Origin: Octopus sinensis
Taxonomy: Eukaryota
Direction of reading: 5' to 3'
NCBI RefSeq assembly: GCF_006345805.1
Contig: NC_042997.1
Location: 190,402,001-190,466,000 of the forward strand
DNA: 64,000 bases
The notes beneath the pieces are model-generated. The model had not been told where the DNA came from and did no database searches. It saw only the letters and a list, made by a program, of their open reading frames with translations. Both the position numbers and the translations under genes were made by a program. Shown piece after piece: positions 1-13,757 of the stretch (positions are counted from its first letter, which is position 1; each line of letters opens with the position of its first letter).

Positions 1-103
1 ATTAGGTGTTTCGCTCATAAACACACACATCGCCTGGTCTGAGACTCGAACCCACGATCCCTCGACTGCGAGTCTGCTGCTCTAACCTCTAGGCCATGTA
101 CCT
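1..103 (-). mobile_element. tRNA-derived SINE family D, 5' head
   Basis: Reverse complement gives a tRNA-like head (A box TGGCCTAGAGGTTAGAG, B box GGTTCGAGTC), homologous to 42070 and 53077. Confidence 0.8.
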
Positions 104-279
104 GCACGGCCAAATTTATTGAGGTATTGAAAAATAAAATTTTTGTAGTGACATAACATCCCATTTCTTGTAATCTTATCAATCTTCCAGCTTGCTCTTA
201 AATTAATAATTCGCGTTATAATAAATGTGATAATTTGCGTTATAATAAATGCACGAAGATTCGCGTTATAATAAATCTA

Positions 280-520
280 CGACGATTTCATCTCAATCGA
301 AGGAGAGGAGCTTTCTCCGTCCGGGTTGCGGATCCGTGAGAATAAGCTGCCGGACGAGATAGTGAAAATGCCGACGACCGCTCGGTTCAAAGTCTCTCTT
401 GACCAAAAAATGGCCTGAACTCTTTGTATGACCACCCTCCTTGTACATAACTCCCTGTCCCCCTACATGGCCTTGCTTTTGCTTTTTGAGCCAATAAAAA
501 TTGAATTGAATTGAATTAAA
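280..520 (+). mobile_element. CR1-clade LINE 3' end
   Basis: Frameshifted RRFHLNRRRGAFSVRVADP(W)NKLPDEIVKMPTTARFKVSLDQK resembles the CR1/L2 RT C-terminus; followed by a (TTGAA)n tail. Confidence 0.75.
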
Positions 521-2476
521 AATGTAAAATAGAGGTAAATTCTGAACAAAATGTAGCCATTTACTGTGTTTCTGTTCCAGGTTTCGATTATGTTCCATCA
601 GTTGAGTCAATAATTATTTTGAGAAAAGTATTGACGTCAGACCAACGTTATCATTTTATTACGCTATAAATTTATGATGCTCAGTACTTATGGAAAAGAT
701 ATCAGAAGCATTACCTTATATCTGGTCTGATGCGGAAGTAAAAAGTTTCCAGTTACGATTGTGGACTTGAAGAAATTTTACAGATTTTTTCTTTTGTGAA
801 AAAATTAATTCAGATAACGTAACTTCGTATTTTTCTTTTTACCATTTCAAAGAAACTCGCTTGTTGTTAAAGAAAATATTATTTCAGTTTGATTCAAAGT
901 TTTATTTTAAATAAACAACTGTCTCTTTGCAATAATGATGGCGATGGTGAACGATGGTGATGGTGTTGTTGATAACGATAATGAAATGAATAACGAAGCT
1001 AATTACTAGAGAAAGTAAAGACATAAACAAAAAACATAAATAAAACTTAATTGCACCTAAAAGAAAAATCAATCCTACAAAAGAAATTCATTAAGTGAGA
1101 AGACAGAAAAGAAGAAGAAAAAAGTGGAATAACATTAAACTAAAAATATAAGGCAAACTGTGAGTTTAAAAACATGAGTGGCTGAGAGAAGGAGGGAGGG
1201 AGGGACAGAGAGAGAGAGGGGGGGAGAAAGAGATCAAGATAGAGAGATAAACAGAGGGAGAGGTGATTAGATAAAGAAGATAGATACAAATTGTGTGAGA
1301 GTGAGGAGTGATAGATAGATAGATAGATGGATGGATGGATAGAAAGGGAAAGAGAAAGATAGAAGTATTTATTTGTTGTGTCATTTTTATGTTCTTGTTT
1401 CAGTTTGGTTTAAATATAATTTAAATAATTGGAAAAAAAATTATCGGAAACTGAAAAGAGCTACAAATATTAACAAAAGAATGTTTGCAGCACTTTTGTA
1501 AAATTATTTTAAAAAAATTTTCCTGAAAATAAAGCCAAAAAATAGCTATAAAGCAATAATGATTTCTGTTGATTAACCAAAAAAAAAAAAGAAAAAAAGA
1601 ACAACTTCATGGAAGAAACTCTATAGACGGTGAAAAAAGAAAAGAAAAACAACTAAAAAAACACTAAGTATATTTGCACTCATTTTATCAATCAACTGTC
1701 GAAAGCTTCAAGGAAATATAGTCCTCAACGGAATTTCAATGTATTAGTGAGATATTAAAGTAGATATTACATAGCAGAGTATCTTACCGACACACTACCT
1801 TCTCTAGTAGTAACTGCACTAGCTTACAAATAAATAGTTATATTTGAATTGCTAAACAGCTACAGCTAAATGGCAAGCATAAATTGTTGGATTTTGGCTT
1901 AAATGAACTACGTAAACCAGACGGACGACAACCATGCTAAAAGCTATGTTGAGTTGCACCAACGAAACGTTGTACATACTGTAGCTCGACCTGCAAGAAA
2001 TAACAATTAAATTTCCATGAAATCATATCGTACTGCCTTAAGAAATCAAGTGCAAATCAGATAATGTAGATGGACATTTAATTTGTTGTTTGGAAAGAAA
2101 ATTTGTAAGTCGCCATTGCAGCCCCTTTGACAAACAGGGACTGACACGAGATTAAACTAGGTAACAACGACAATAATTACAAGAATATTGTAAAGCAGCT
2201 AATACAAGTTGCAATAAATGATTTTGTATATCTTTACTGAATCCGAGTAAGGCCGGGTTATCTTAAGCGACAGAAGGAAATATGGTGCCTTGTCCATTCA
2301 ATAAGTAATATATTGTTATTTTCAGGCCAGAAATAAATAACTGACAGCATTAAAAGCTCGGTTCCAAGTTTAGCCCCACTGGGTTGCACCTTGGACAGAT
2401 TTCTCCTACTATGGTCCTGGTCTGGGTTGACTAATGCCTTTTGAGTGAAACTGATAGAGGGAAAGTATGTGGGATC

Positions 2477-2518
<42 letters not shown>

Positions 2519-2658
2519 CCTGCTCGCTTAGGCAGCGGGGTGGCGTCATTTGAAGGTTAAAACAATCCGAAGCGCATTGTGACCAGCGATGTGTAGCAAC
2601 ATCTGATAGCCCGGTCGGTCACGGTGATCACGGTGATATATATATATATACACACATA

Positions 2659-2831
2659 CAAGGAAAATGCCACTTGTATTTTAACACTATGCAAATATTC
2701 TTTAAAAAAACTTTCCTTTTAATTTTTCCAAAATTTAATTATTTTCCATACTTACAGTTGAAAAAGTCTCAATGACTGAAACCAATACTCAAAATGTTTT
2801 TCATAAAATTATTTTAGCATTTTCTACCTTG
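2659..2831. mobile_element. Degenerate MITE
   Basis: CAAGG--AAAATGC at the left end versus GCATTTTCTACCTTG at the right end; TA on the left flank. Confidence 0.4.
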
Positions 2832-2855
2832 ACTTTTTTTCCATATATATATATA

Positions 2856-3078
2856 TGGAAGGTGTTGGAAAGTTTTTAGCTTTAGGTAAAAAAAAAAACA
2901 AAACAAAAACAAATATAGGAGAATCAGTTAATTCTCATTTTATTCTTCTCAGATTCACATACTTATTGCAACGGTCTTCACTTTTTCTAAGCCCAGTAAA
3001 AGAACACGGGAGGTTGGGTCTCCAAATGAGCCTTTCGCGAGACTCTTAAAGCCAGTAACTTTTCAGCAACCCCTCTTT
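2856..3078. mobile_element. Mariner-type MITE
   Basis: Imperfect TIRs TGGAAGGTGTTGGAAAGTTTTTAGCTTT / AAAGCCAGTAACTTTTCAGCAACCCCTCTTT with TA on both flanks. Confidence 0.65.
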
Positions 3079-3619
3079 TACACCTCCCACTCAAACACAC
3101 ACGTATATGTAAATTTATATGTATATATGTATGTATACATATGGATGTGTGATTGCATGTATGAGTGTCCTATCTGAGGATGTCTCCACCACCGTCCGAA
3201 AACTGGTGTTGGTTTGTTTACATCCAAGTAACTTAGAAAGTGTGGAAAAAACATAGTTAGAATAAGTGATTGACTTAAATACAGTAAGTGCTGGGGCCAA
3301 TTTGTTTGACTAAACCAAGGGTCGGCGAATCGGACTACATTACCCCAAGTTGTGTAAATATGAAATTCTTTGGGGTAATGAGGACTCATTAGACATAAGC
3401 AAAATTATATTAAAAGACGTGTTCCTTGTTACGACAGACATTTTTCTTCTGGCAACACTACATTTGTTCAATGTAATGGACGTGTACATAAATTCATATA
3501 AGTAGATTCAATAAAATAGATTCAATAAACGTTTTGAATTCAAAGAATCTATGGTTTTCTTCCTTTCAAATTGAGGGGTTAACGTCGGCACAAATAAATA
3601 TATTTTGGAGTAATTGGCT

Positions 3620-3830
3620 TAAAAATATTCCCCAACCTCTGGACTAAACCCTTCAAGGCGGCACCTCAGCATGGCCGTAATAAAATGATTGAAAAAGTAA
3701 AAGTTACAAGATAGAAAGGCACAAAGATACAAAGGTGCAAAAAAATCTGTGCCCAAGACCAACAGCACTAGACTATATTCACTTATATGTCTCAGTCCAA
3801 TGACTGTGGCCATGCTGGAGCACCGCCATT
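3620..3830 (-). mobile_element. SINE family C, 3' part
   Basis: Contains GGCCATGCTGGAGCACCGCC and the TTCTT...CTAGACT segments shared with the copies at 48193 and 56226. Confidence 0.7.
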
Positions 3831-4188
3831 GTAATCATCTTTCCACTTTCCACCTTTGTCGGAGCGGCTTCTGGTGAAGGATGGAGTTCGATGATACTGC
3901 CCTCTTTTGCGTTTCTTACTTAGATATCGGCTCATCCGGGATCTCGGCGAGCCAGAGGTCAAGTACACGTTTAAAAACGTCTACATCCATTCCATGGAAG
4001 CTCCTCAGATGCTTTGGCACACAGTTAAACAGCTGTGGTCCGTTGAAACCCAAGCTATTGCAGTACATCGTCCTTGCCCGAGATGAAGCAGTCGGCACAA
4101 TGGGGGCAGCACAGTGACGTCCTGTTTGTGGTCTGGTATAGCTCTTTATTCCAAAGTTTGGTACCAGTCCTTCCAGTATCTTCCATAC

Positions 4189-4219
<31 letters not shown>

Positions 4220-4560
4220 ATATATATATCACTGCATACCTCTCCCGCCTTCATTCCAGGGAATAGGGTCGCAGCTCTTTCAACCTGTTCCAGTAACTCA
4301 ATCGTTTCATTGATGCAACTTTCTTTGTGTAATGTCGTTGGACTGCTTCAAGCTCTGCTATCGTCCTTGTAGTATAAGGCGACCATATGCTTGTATGCAC
4401 TCTGAACATGACTGAATAGTTCATCGGAGTAATGAAACAAACAACCGGACAGTGACATAGATGCAACGTCTTACTCCGAGAGATAGACTGAATTTTTCGA
4501 ACGAAGCACCTGGCAATTTGATAGTTTAAATGAATCCACGAGAACACAATCGCTGGTTTG
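3830..4560 (-). mobile_element. CR1-clade LINE RT C-terminal fragment
   Basis: IWSPYTTRTIAELEAVQRHYTKKVASMKRLSYWNRLKELRPYSLE...WKILEGLVPNFG...GFNGPQLFNCVPKHLR...FKRVLDLWLAEIPDEP; interrupted by (TA)n at 4189-4229. Confidence 0.9.
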
Positions 4561-4675
4561 AAATAACAGTGATATAAAGACTGACAATGAAATCAGAATA
4601 AATTATATGATTACGAAACCATAAGGCAACAGCAACAGCAGCAATAACAACGACGTTAGCAATAAAACACGCGCG

Positions 4676-4800
<125 letters not shown>

Positions 4801-4897
4801 GAGTTTTAAGTCATTTCAAAATGTTCGAACTTAGTTATATCAGGCACATGAATTGAATACAGAACAGCCATATCTATAGATACCAGCACTTTCAAGA

Positions 4898-5058
4898 AAG
4901 GCGGTGACCTGTCAGAAACGTTAGCACGCCGGGCGAAATGCTTAGCGGTATTTCGTCTGCGTTACGTTCTGAGTTCAAATTAATCTGTTTGTCTGTCATT
5001 GCTTGTCCTCTCTGTGTTTAGCCCTTATGGGTAGTAAAGAAATAGGTATTTCGCCTGT
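4898..5058 (+). mobile_element. SINE family A, internally deleted
   Basis: AAGGCGGTGA...TTAGCACGCCGGGCGAAATGCTTAGCGGTATTTCGTC...GAGTTCAAAT head joined directly to the 3' tail. Confidence 0.85.
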
Positions 5059-5059
5059 C

Positions 5060-5395
5060 TAGTGGAGGCCCATGGAGGTTTGGATAATTCACCTTTCGAA
5101 ACATGGGTGGTTCGTTCAACATCCTTAAACAATCCTTATTCAGCGACCTTTTGAGCGGGATGGACTACTCGACCAGAAGAAAATTCTAACTGGGCCCCAC
5201 CTGCAAGGTCATGCGCTGATTATCTTGATATGAGGTCACCATGTCGCGCACATATGGTTGTGATGCATGTGCCTGGTGTACCCCTATCAGACGGGTATTC
5301 ATGATATTCGTATGTTTGTACCCCAGTGTCACTTTGCTGGCATGCACTGCTCTCTCACTCAATAATAATAATAATAATAATAATAGTAATAATAA
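5060..5395 (+). mobile_element. Retroposon 3' region with (TAA)n tail
   Basis: GC-richer block ending CTCTCTCACTC-(AAT)n; parent element not identified. Confidence 0.45.
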
Positions 5396-5799
5396 TTTCA
5401 AATTTTGGCACAAGGTCTGCATTTCCAGTCGGTGAGAGCTAGTCGATTACATCGATTCCAATACTTGTCTGGTATTATATTTTATTAACCACAGAAAGCT
5501 AAAAGGCAAAACTGAGTTGGGGGAGGCTGGACTGAGAGGGATTGAAGACCCGCGAAATTTATCCTGGAAGGTCTCTGAAATTACTGAAAATAGGTGCAAA
5601 ATCTCATCTCCCTTTGCTCTCTTAAACTGAGAAGGACGCATTGGTCAATGTGCACCACGATAAAAGACAAGATGATCGCAAGAAGTACACCTTTGAGTTG
5701 ACTGAGAATCAAATACAATAATCAACCAGATCAGAAACGTTCATGCCATCGAGACTAGCAAAGCTTCCATAGAGATAATTAAAGTTACTATTTCTACAA

Positions 5800-6389
5800 A
5801 CGCCGATCATCATTCTTACCACAACACCCATCACCGCCACAAACATAAACACCACCACCGTTACTACTACCACCATAACCAACAGTATTGTCACTAACAC
5901 CACCACTACTACCACCACTGCCGTCAATTCTCTCGTCGCCGATGCGCCATTGCCGTCATTGCAACCAGCGCTACCCCCTGTGTCTCTGCTGCCGTCTCTG
6001 CCGCCGCAGCTCTCACCGTCGCTGCCGCTGCGGCCACCTCCACCACCGTCTACACCACCTCCACCATAACCACCGCTGCCGCTGCTACGGTCGCCTTCGC
6101 TGCTCCACCGCACCAACCTCGCCTTCATCCCCGCCGTCGACGCCAAACGCCGCCCTCGCCGCCACCATTGCCGCTCTCATGATCAACACCAACACCGCAG
6201 TGACTATTCTCAAATTCTTTCCGTTTCTTCCTCACGTTATATCCCTCTTCATTCTGCTCTTCAGTGCTTCCTTCGCGCCCCCACCACCTCTCACCAGCAC
6301 CAACACCTCTCACCACCACCACCACCACCACCACCACCACCACCATCATCATCGTCATCATCATCATCATCATCATCATCATCACCAGC

Positions 6390-6422
<33 letters not shown>

Positions 6423-6470
6423 AACAACAACAACAACACCATCGTTATCACCACAGCTACCAGTAACTTT
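5800..6470. repeat. Mosaic (ACC)/(GCC)/(CAT)/(CAA) trinucleotide low-complexity tract
   Basis: Directly visible; generates spurious poly-H/T/V ORFs. Confidence 0.9.
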
Positions 6471-6659
6471 ATTACCTGCTCCTACTATGTAACTGCGTGT
6501 ACATCTTAAGTTCACCGTGACCTTATAAATAACTGCTGACATCAGCGTTGAAATCCAAGCTGGCATATACACGCAAACTCACGTACACACACGTACACAC
6601 ACACACTCTCTCTCACATACACACACACGCATGCACGCACATCCGACTCCTTCCCTCTC

Positions 6660-7207
6660 ACTCTCATATATATATATATATATATATATGAAAAGAAAGG
6701 AGGCATACACACATATACATACAGGCATACATATACATACATACACACACATATATATATATTATATACATATATATATATATATAATTACCCTCTTCCT
6801 CTCTCTTTGCAAATCTGAATACATACATACACACACACACACATACACATATATATATATATACGTGCATGCATCTATATATCTATCTATCTATTTATCT
6901 ATCTATTATCTATCTATATACATATATATATATGCATATATATATATATATATATATAATATTATATATATATATGCGTAATATGATATATATAATATAT
7001 ATTGTGTATATATATAGATGTGTATATATATATATATATATATTAATGTGTATATAGGATATATATATGTGTATATATATAGTATATATATATATATATG
7101 TATTATATATATGTATATATATATATGTATATATAATATATATTATATATATATATATGTATAGTATATATATATGTATATATGTATTATATATGTATAT
7201 TTATATA

Positions 7208-7246
<39 letters not shown>

Positions 7247-7364
7247 TATATTATATATATATAGATATATATATATATATATATATGTGTATATATATAT
7301 ATATGGTTATAGGATATATATTATATATATATGTGTATATATATATATATATGTATATATATAG

Positions 7365-7396
<32 letters not shown>

Positions 7397-7486
7397 TATA
7401 TATATGTATTATGTATATATATATGTATATATATATATATATTATATAATATATATAGTATATATATATATATTATATATATATAT

Positions 7487-7531
<45 letters not shown>

Positions 7532-7688
7532 TATATATATATAATATATCATATATATATACATATATACATATATAATATATATATAATCTATATATAC
7601 ATATATATATATATCTACATATATATATATACATATATATATATACATATATACTATCTAATATACAATATATATTATATACATATAT

Positions 7689-7737
<49 letters not shown>

Positions 7738-7790
7738 GTATATAATATATGTTTATATGTTATGTATGTATGTATGTATTATATATATAT
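6660..7790. repeat. About 1.1 kb degenerate (TA)n tract
   Basis: Directly visible. Confidence 0.98.
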
Positions 7791-8113
7791 GAAAACGTGA
7801 GTGTGGTAATGCACAACAAACATACATGTTCTACATTTCAGGCGTGTGGTTATATACTAAAATAATTTCCCCACAAAGGCATTACAAAAAAATTAAAGAA
7901 CTGCTTCTAAATGAAAATATTAAATAAATCTCGTTCATGAAATTTTCACGTGTGATTTTCACCATGCTATCTGAGTGACGATATCGATATGAATTTCGGT
8001 TCTTTTTTTTATTATTATTCTTTATTTTCTCTATTTTTTCTAATCTCAAACGTCTTTCTTCAGTCGTAAGTGAAAAATCTCATCATAACTTTCTACACTT
8101 TTTTCCGAAGAAA

Positions 8114-8116
<3 letters not shown>

Positions 8117-8205
<89 letters not shown>

Positions 8206-8228
8206 TATTATTATTATTATTATTATTA

Positions 8229-8262
<34 letters not shown>

Positions 8263-8274
8263 CCATCATTATTA

Positions 8275-8320
<46 letters not shown>

Positions 8321-8401
8321 CATTATTATTGTTATTATCATTATTGTTATTATCAATTATTATTGTTATTATCATTATTATTATTTTTATTATCATTATT
8401 A

Positions 8402-8442
<41 letters not shown>

Positions 8443-8445
8443 TAT
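8117..8445. repeat. (TTA)n/(TCA)n microsatellite
   Basis: Directly visible. Confidence 0.98.
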
Positions 8446-8523
8446 ATGCAATTATACACACATATACATATATATATATATATTTATTTATTTATTTATA
8501 CATATATATATATATATTTATAT

Positions 8524-8760
8524 GACGGTGAGCTGTCAGAATTTTTGGAGTGCCGATTAAAATGCTTATCGGCAAACTTTCCCGTCCTTAAAAGTTCTGA
8601 CTCCAAATCCCGCCGAGCTCCTACATCGCCTTTCGTCCTTTCGGGGTTTCGATAAAATAACTACGAGTTAAACACTAGGGTCGCCGTGATCGACTATTCT
8701 ACTCCTCCAAAATTTCGGGATCATTATTCTCTCGAATTTCAGGCTACGTGCTTATAGTGG
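8524..8760 (+). mobile_element. SINE family A, degenerate
   Basis: GACGGTGAGCTGTCAGAA head and CCTTTCGTCCTTTCGGGGTTTCGATAAAATAA central motif. Confidence 0.7.
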
Positions 8761-9019
8761 AAAAGATTATCACACTTAACTTTAAAACTGTGGGGTTTTG
8801 TTTCTAAACTTTACCTCAACCGTGTTTTAGTACAATTTCTCTTGTCACTTGAACGCAACGCATCTAACTATAGTAGTCATATGAACGAGAAAGCCAACAC
8901 CTTACGTACGCTACTTCGAATGAAACTAGCATTTTGCTGCTTTCACTGGTTCACTATTAGCTTAATTAATCATTTACCACTAAGGGCGTTCTGGTAGCAA
9001 CAACAACATCAACAGCCTT

Positions 9020-9072
9020 AATAACTACTACTACTACTGCTGCTGCGGCTGCTGTTGCTGCTACTACTACTG

Positions 9073-9120
<48 letters not shown>

Positions 9121-9151
9121 TTACTACTACTGCTGCTGCTGCAGCTGCTGT

Positions 9152-9226
<75 letters not shown>

Positions 9227-9402
9227 ATTAACTACTACTAATGCTACTAATACATTAACTACTACTACTACTACTAACTACTACTACTACTACATCAACT
9301 ACTTCTACAACAACAACAGCAACAACAAACAACAACAACTACTACTGCTTCTGCTACTACTACTACTACTACTACCACTACTACTAGTAGTAGTAGTAGT
9401 AG

Positions 9403-9433
<31 letters not shown>

Positions 9434-9435
9434 GT
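9020..9435. repeat. (CTA)n/(GCT)n/(TAA)n microsatellite mosaic
   Basis: Directly visible. Confidence 0.95.
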
Positions 9436-9624
9436 TAGTAATTTTTAAAAGATATTCTTTCTATGTCAGAAAGGCAATTTGTAAAGGTTACAATGTAAAG
9501 GTTGATAACAATCAGCTTCACTATTTTAAGGGTCCACATATTATCCTTCCCTTAGGTGGGTGGGGAATCAATCAGGTGAGTAAGTGGAAAACAGGAACTG
9601 GAAAAAGAGGAAGATTAAGAGTTA

Positions 9625-9775
9625 ATGAGAGAAGAAGAAGATGGAGAAGGAGAAGAAGGAGAAGAAGAAGGAGAAGGTGAAGAAGGAGAAGAATATGAAG
9701 AAGAAGAAGATGATGAAGAAGATGAAGATGAAGAAGATGAAGATGAAGAAGAAGAAGAAGAAAGGGAGGGAGAAG
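9625..9775. repeat. (GAA)/(GGA)/(GAT) purine tract
   Basis: Directly visible; the acidic ORF has no ATG or splice support. Confidence 0.9.
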
Positions 9776-11254
9776 AGGGAAATAGTAAGAGAGCGAAATT
9801 GAAACTTGAATGGTTTCAAACCTTAAATCGTTGATCGAACTGGACTGTAGGGTAAACTAAAGAATATTATAATAACAAAGGTCGTGATATCCTAATTAAA
9901 AATTCCCCCGTCATCCTTTCTCTCCCCCTCTCCCCCTCTCTCTTATTCCCTTGATTCATGTATTTCTTACATACGCAAACAAAATGGCGCATCCGCATAC
10001 GTGCGGCATGTAGGTATCGCTTCCTTCCTTGTTTCTTTTACATTGTTTCTTACTCTTCTTTGATAAAAGAATTCATTCCTTTTGACTGTATACTTCATGT
10101 ATTATTCACTGCGCATTTTGCCCATCACTTATCGAAATTTTGACTGCCTCTTTTAACCTCTCAGATTGTACATCTCTCTCGCCTACCTGTGCCTCATTTG
10201 CGCTAATTCGTTATCATCATCATCATCGGCATCGAATTTCGTCCCGGTTTGTGTTCAAATACCGCCGAGGTTGACTTTTCTTTACATCCTTCCGGAGTCG
10301 GTGAAATATATACCACTTGAACACTGAACTCGGTGTAATCGACTTTGCCTCTTCCCCGAAAATTCGGGTGTTGTGTCCATATTGGAAAGGATTTTTATCA
10401 TCATACATAGCTTTAAAATACATCAAGAATTTACTTTGTTGAGCCATAAATAGAGGATATCTCGTAATAAAACTCAGAAATATTCAAGGTTGGCATCTAA
10501 TATTCAATGGAAAATAAACAAGATTTTTTTTCAGGATAATAAGCGTTAAAGGGAATGTTCAGAGTACGAAAAACTACGCCAAGTTTCAAAATGTTAAGAG
10601 ATAAAAATGTCTACAGAACTTATTTTGAAATGTACCTTCGTCTATATAGGTAAATCTGTAAATGGTTTTATCGACATGGTTGTGTATCAGTCCATTTGTG
10701 CCAGTTACAAATGGAATCATATTCCCTTTGCTTAAATGACATATAATGATTTGATTCAACGTTTAGGTGGGTGTAATTACTTTGCTTTTCAATTCTCTTC
10801 TCTACAACATTATGCCAATTTGGCTAGTTGTGCTATGTCTGTAATTAATACGCTATTGTCATATTTGTTGTGGAGAATTATACCATGATTAGTATTTGTA
10901 ATATGGCCGTCTGCCTATATACTGAAAAAATTCCATACTGTTTTCACACTGCCATTTTCTAAGTGAGGTCAAGGGCTCATTTGCACGCCAGGGAGGTGGG
11001 CCTTTTTTTTAAAAGCTAATTGGTTCGACAAACACAGAAAGAAGAGTTTTGCTGCTTTATTTTGTCTCCAGTTATATTTTCTAGGAGGTACTGTGAGACT
11101 TTCTAATAAAATGCAGGGTAGTTTCCAATGGAACGCTTGACACGGGCTTTATTTATCGTCCATATTACATGATTTCTGGATATTGGTTTCAGTATATCAG
11201 TGTTGTTCTGCCGCGCTATTCGTGTAGAACGTCAGCATGTAAGCCGTATACACA

Positions 11255-11305
<51 letters not shown>

Positions 11306-11419
11306 CGTATGTAAATATATGTATGTGTTCTTTTATTCTTTTATGCGTTCAGCCCAAAAACTCTACCCATGATGGGCACCGCCTGCATTAACACGTTTCC
11401 AATGGCCATTCTTATGTAA

Positions 11420-11520
11420 TTGACCTCTGGTGAAGGGGTAGCTCGATATCGCCGCCCTCATTTGAGTTTCTTGCCGAGATATAGGCTGATCTGGGACATT
11501 GGACACAAATAGCCGTGGCC
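11420..11520 (-). mobile_element. CR1 3' end fragment
   Basis: FVSNVPDQPISRQETQMRAAISSY matches the ends of the copies at 3916 and 36088 (VPDEPTSRQEVQTRVAISNS). Confidence 0.65.
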
Positions 11521-11721
11521 TTTGAATCCCAACAACATGTATATATATGTATATATGTATATATATATATATATATGTTGTATTTCGGGATGGTCAAAAT
11601 TTTTGCCAAATAAATACACACACAATATAACGCATGTTTTTATTTGCAAAAAAAGACCATCCCGAAATACATCGGTTTCAACACACGATTTCTCATCAGG
11701 AACCTGGCAACACAAATTAAG

Positions 11722-11729
<8 letters not shown>

Positions 11730-11752
<23 letters not shown>

Positions 11753-13020
11753 ATTCTTTGTCTGTCTGTTCCTTATGCATTCTCAAACGGCTCGACCAAA
11801 TCAAATCAAATTTTACAAGGTAATTGTACCAAACCCCACGAGTGTCAGCATTTAATTTTTATTTGGATTAATGCAATATAACATTGGCACTGGTTCGGTT
11901 TTATGTGTCAAAAGTGAAAGGATAACATCTATATTGTAATACAATATAATAGTTTCACTTTTATTGTTTCACTTTTAATTCTGATGTGATAAGCCTATTA
12001 TATTGTTTCACTTTTATTCCTCCACTTTTAATTCTAATATGATAACACCAGGATCAGCTTATTTCTATTTTATTTGAAATAAATGAATTATTTATATTCT
12101 AATGTGAACAACATTACGCATCGGTAACTTTCAGTCTTTATGGCCACCACAGCGGAATGGTGTGTCAGTGTATATGTTGATTGACATAACGATGGCTGGA
12201 GATGAAACTCTTGACAAAAAACAATGAGGTGGCAGGTCCAAAGTGTATAAAAATACACATTTACCGTCCAATTACCAGTTAATAATTATCGCAATATTGC
12301 AATGCGGCAAGGTTTTTATAATTATATTTACCCTTAAATTAGCATTTAATTCTCCAGAAACAAGTATAAAGCAAGGAAGATTCTAGAAAACCGGAGGCGA
12401 GAGTTTGAAAAGAGAAGGGAGATGAGACTTTCCCAAGATCAGCAAAGGCTTGGTGCAGCACGTCAGATAGAGTCTCAAGATAGAAAGGAGATGAGAATTT
12501 CTTAATATCAGGAAAAGCATGCTGCAACACGTCGGATGAAATCTCAATACAGTAGGGAGATGAATATTGGAATGCTGTAGCTCGGCAGACGGAGTCTCAA
12601 AAGGGAAGGCTGATGATACTTTCCCAAGATCAGCAAATACATGCTGCAGCACTTAATGCTGCATCATTAAGACAACGTTTCAATGATCAAACAGAGGTCC
12701 AATAGAATAGTTCTCAGAAACAGACTACGTACAAATTTGTTCTTCACAACTCCAGGAGCTGCTTTCAGATATGATCCATCCCATTCTTATAAAAATGATT
12801 TTGTCCAAATTGGTGTGCTATACTCAAATTGTCGTTACTGCAAAGCTTTAATTTTTCCAAATGAAACTAATGGCATGCGCTGCTCAGGCGGTAAGGTAAG
12901 ATTACCAGCACTATCAGCTCCTCTTCAACCTCTTATGGATCTTCTGGAAGGTAGATTCATCCAGTCAAAGGATTACCTGAACAATATCAGACAATACGGC
13001 TCTGCATTTCAAATGAAATG
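11730..13020 (+). mobile_element. 3'-truncated Helitron
   Basis: Starts (TA)n-ATTCTTTGTCTGTCTGTTCC, as in invertebrate Helitron 5' ends, and leads into a RepHel N-terminal ORF remnant. Confidence 0.65.
12345..13015 (+). pseudogene. Helitron RepHel N-terminus: STPR-like 23-aa repeats plus Cys-rich domain
   Basis: 69-bp repeats (AARQIESQDRKEMRIS*YQEKHA) followed by CRYCKALIFPNETNGMRCSGGKVRLPALSAPLQPLMDLLEG...YLNNIRQYGSAFQM, the hallmark Helitron N-terminal motif; stops and frameshifts present. Confidence 0.85.
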
Positions 13021-13519
13021 CTTAATGGCATTTCTGAGTTCAAATTCCACCGTGCTTTTCGTCCTTTCAAGGTCGATAAATTAAGTATCAGGGAAACACT
13101 TGGGTCGGTATAATCGACTCGTCCTGTTCTTACAAATTTCAAGCCATGTGCATTTAGTAGAAAATATTATTATTTTTTTTTTATTAAATTCTACTGTAAC
13201 CGTCTAATCCCTGGCACCAAAACTTCAGGCCTTTTGTCTATAGCAGAGATTGGTTAGCGCCGTTTCTACTGGGTCTGTATTCGCTCGAATTCAAATTCCT
13301 CCATGGTCGACTTTGTTTTTTTATCTTCTCAGCTTCAATGTAATCGATTAATAAACTTTCTCAAAAGTGTTGGCCTTGTGCCAAAATTTGGAACCATTAT
13401 TGAAATTAAGTAGCAGTTGAACGCTCGGATCAATATAATCGATTAGCCCCTCCCCCAAATCTTCAGGTCTTGTGCCTATCCTCCTTCTCCTCCTTCTCAT
13501 CATCATCATTATCATCAAC

Positions 13520-13521
13520 TC

Positions 13522-13578
<57 letters not shown>

Positions 13579-13660
13579 CTACATAGTTTTTTTGCAATCA
13601 CTTGCCAAGACACAGCCAGCACCCTAGGGCAAGTGAAGGATTAGGGATGTTACAGTATAA
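13520..13660 (-). mobile_element. (TAA)n-tailed retroposon 3' end
   Basis: Minus strand ...CACTTGCCCTAGGGTGCTGGCTGTGTCTTGGCAAGTGATTGCAAAAAAACTATGTAGAT(AAT)n. Confidence 0.45.
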
Positions 13661-13720
13661 CAGAAAGTTTGGGAAGGGGTATTATTATTATTATTATTAT
13701 TATCATTATTATTATTATCA

Positions 13721-13757
<37 letters not shown>

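Noticed and set aside
9468-9583. Plus-strand exon candidate ending CAG|GTGAGT
   Set aside because: An isolated open frame with no recognisable product or partner exons.
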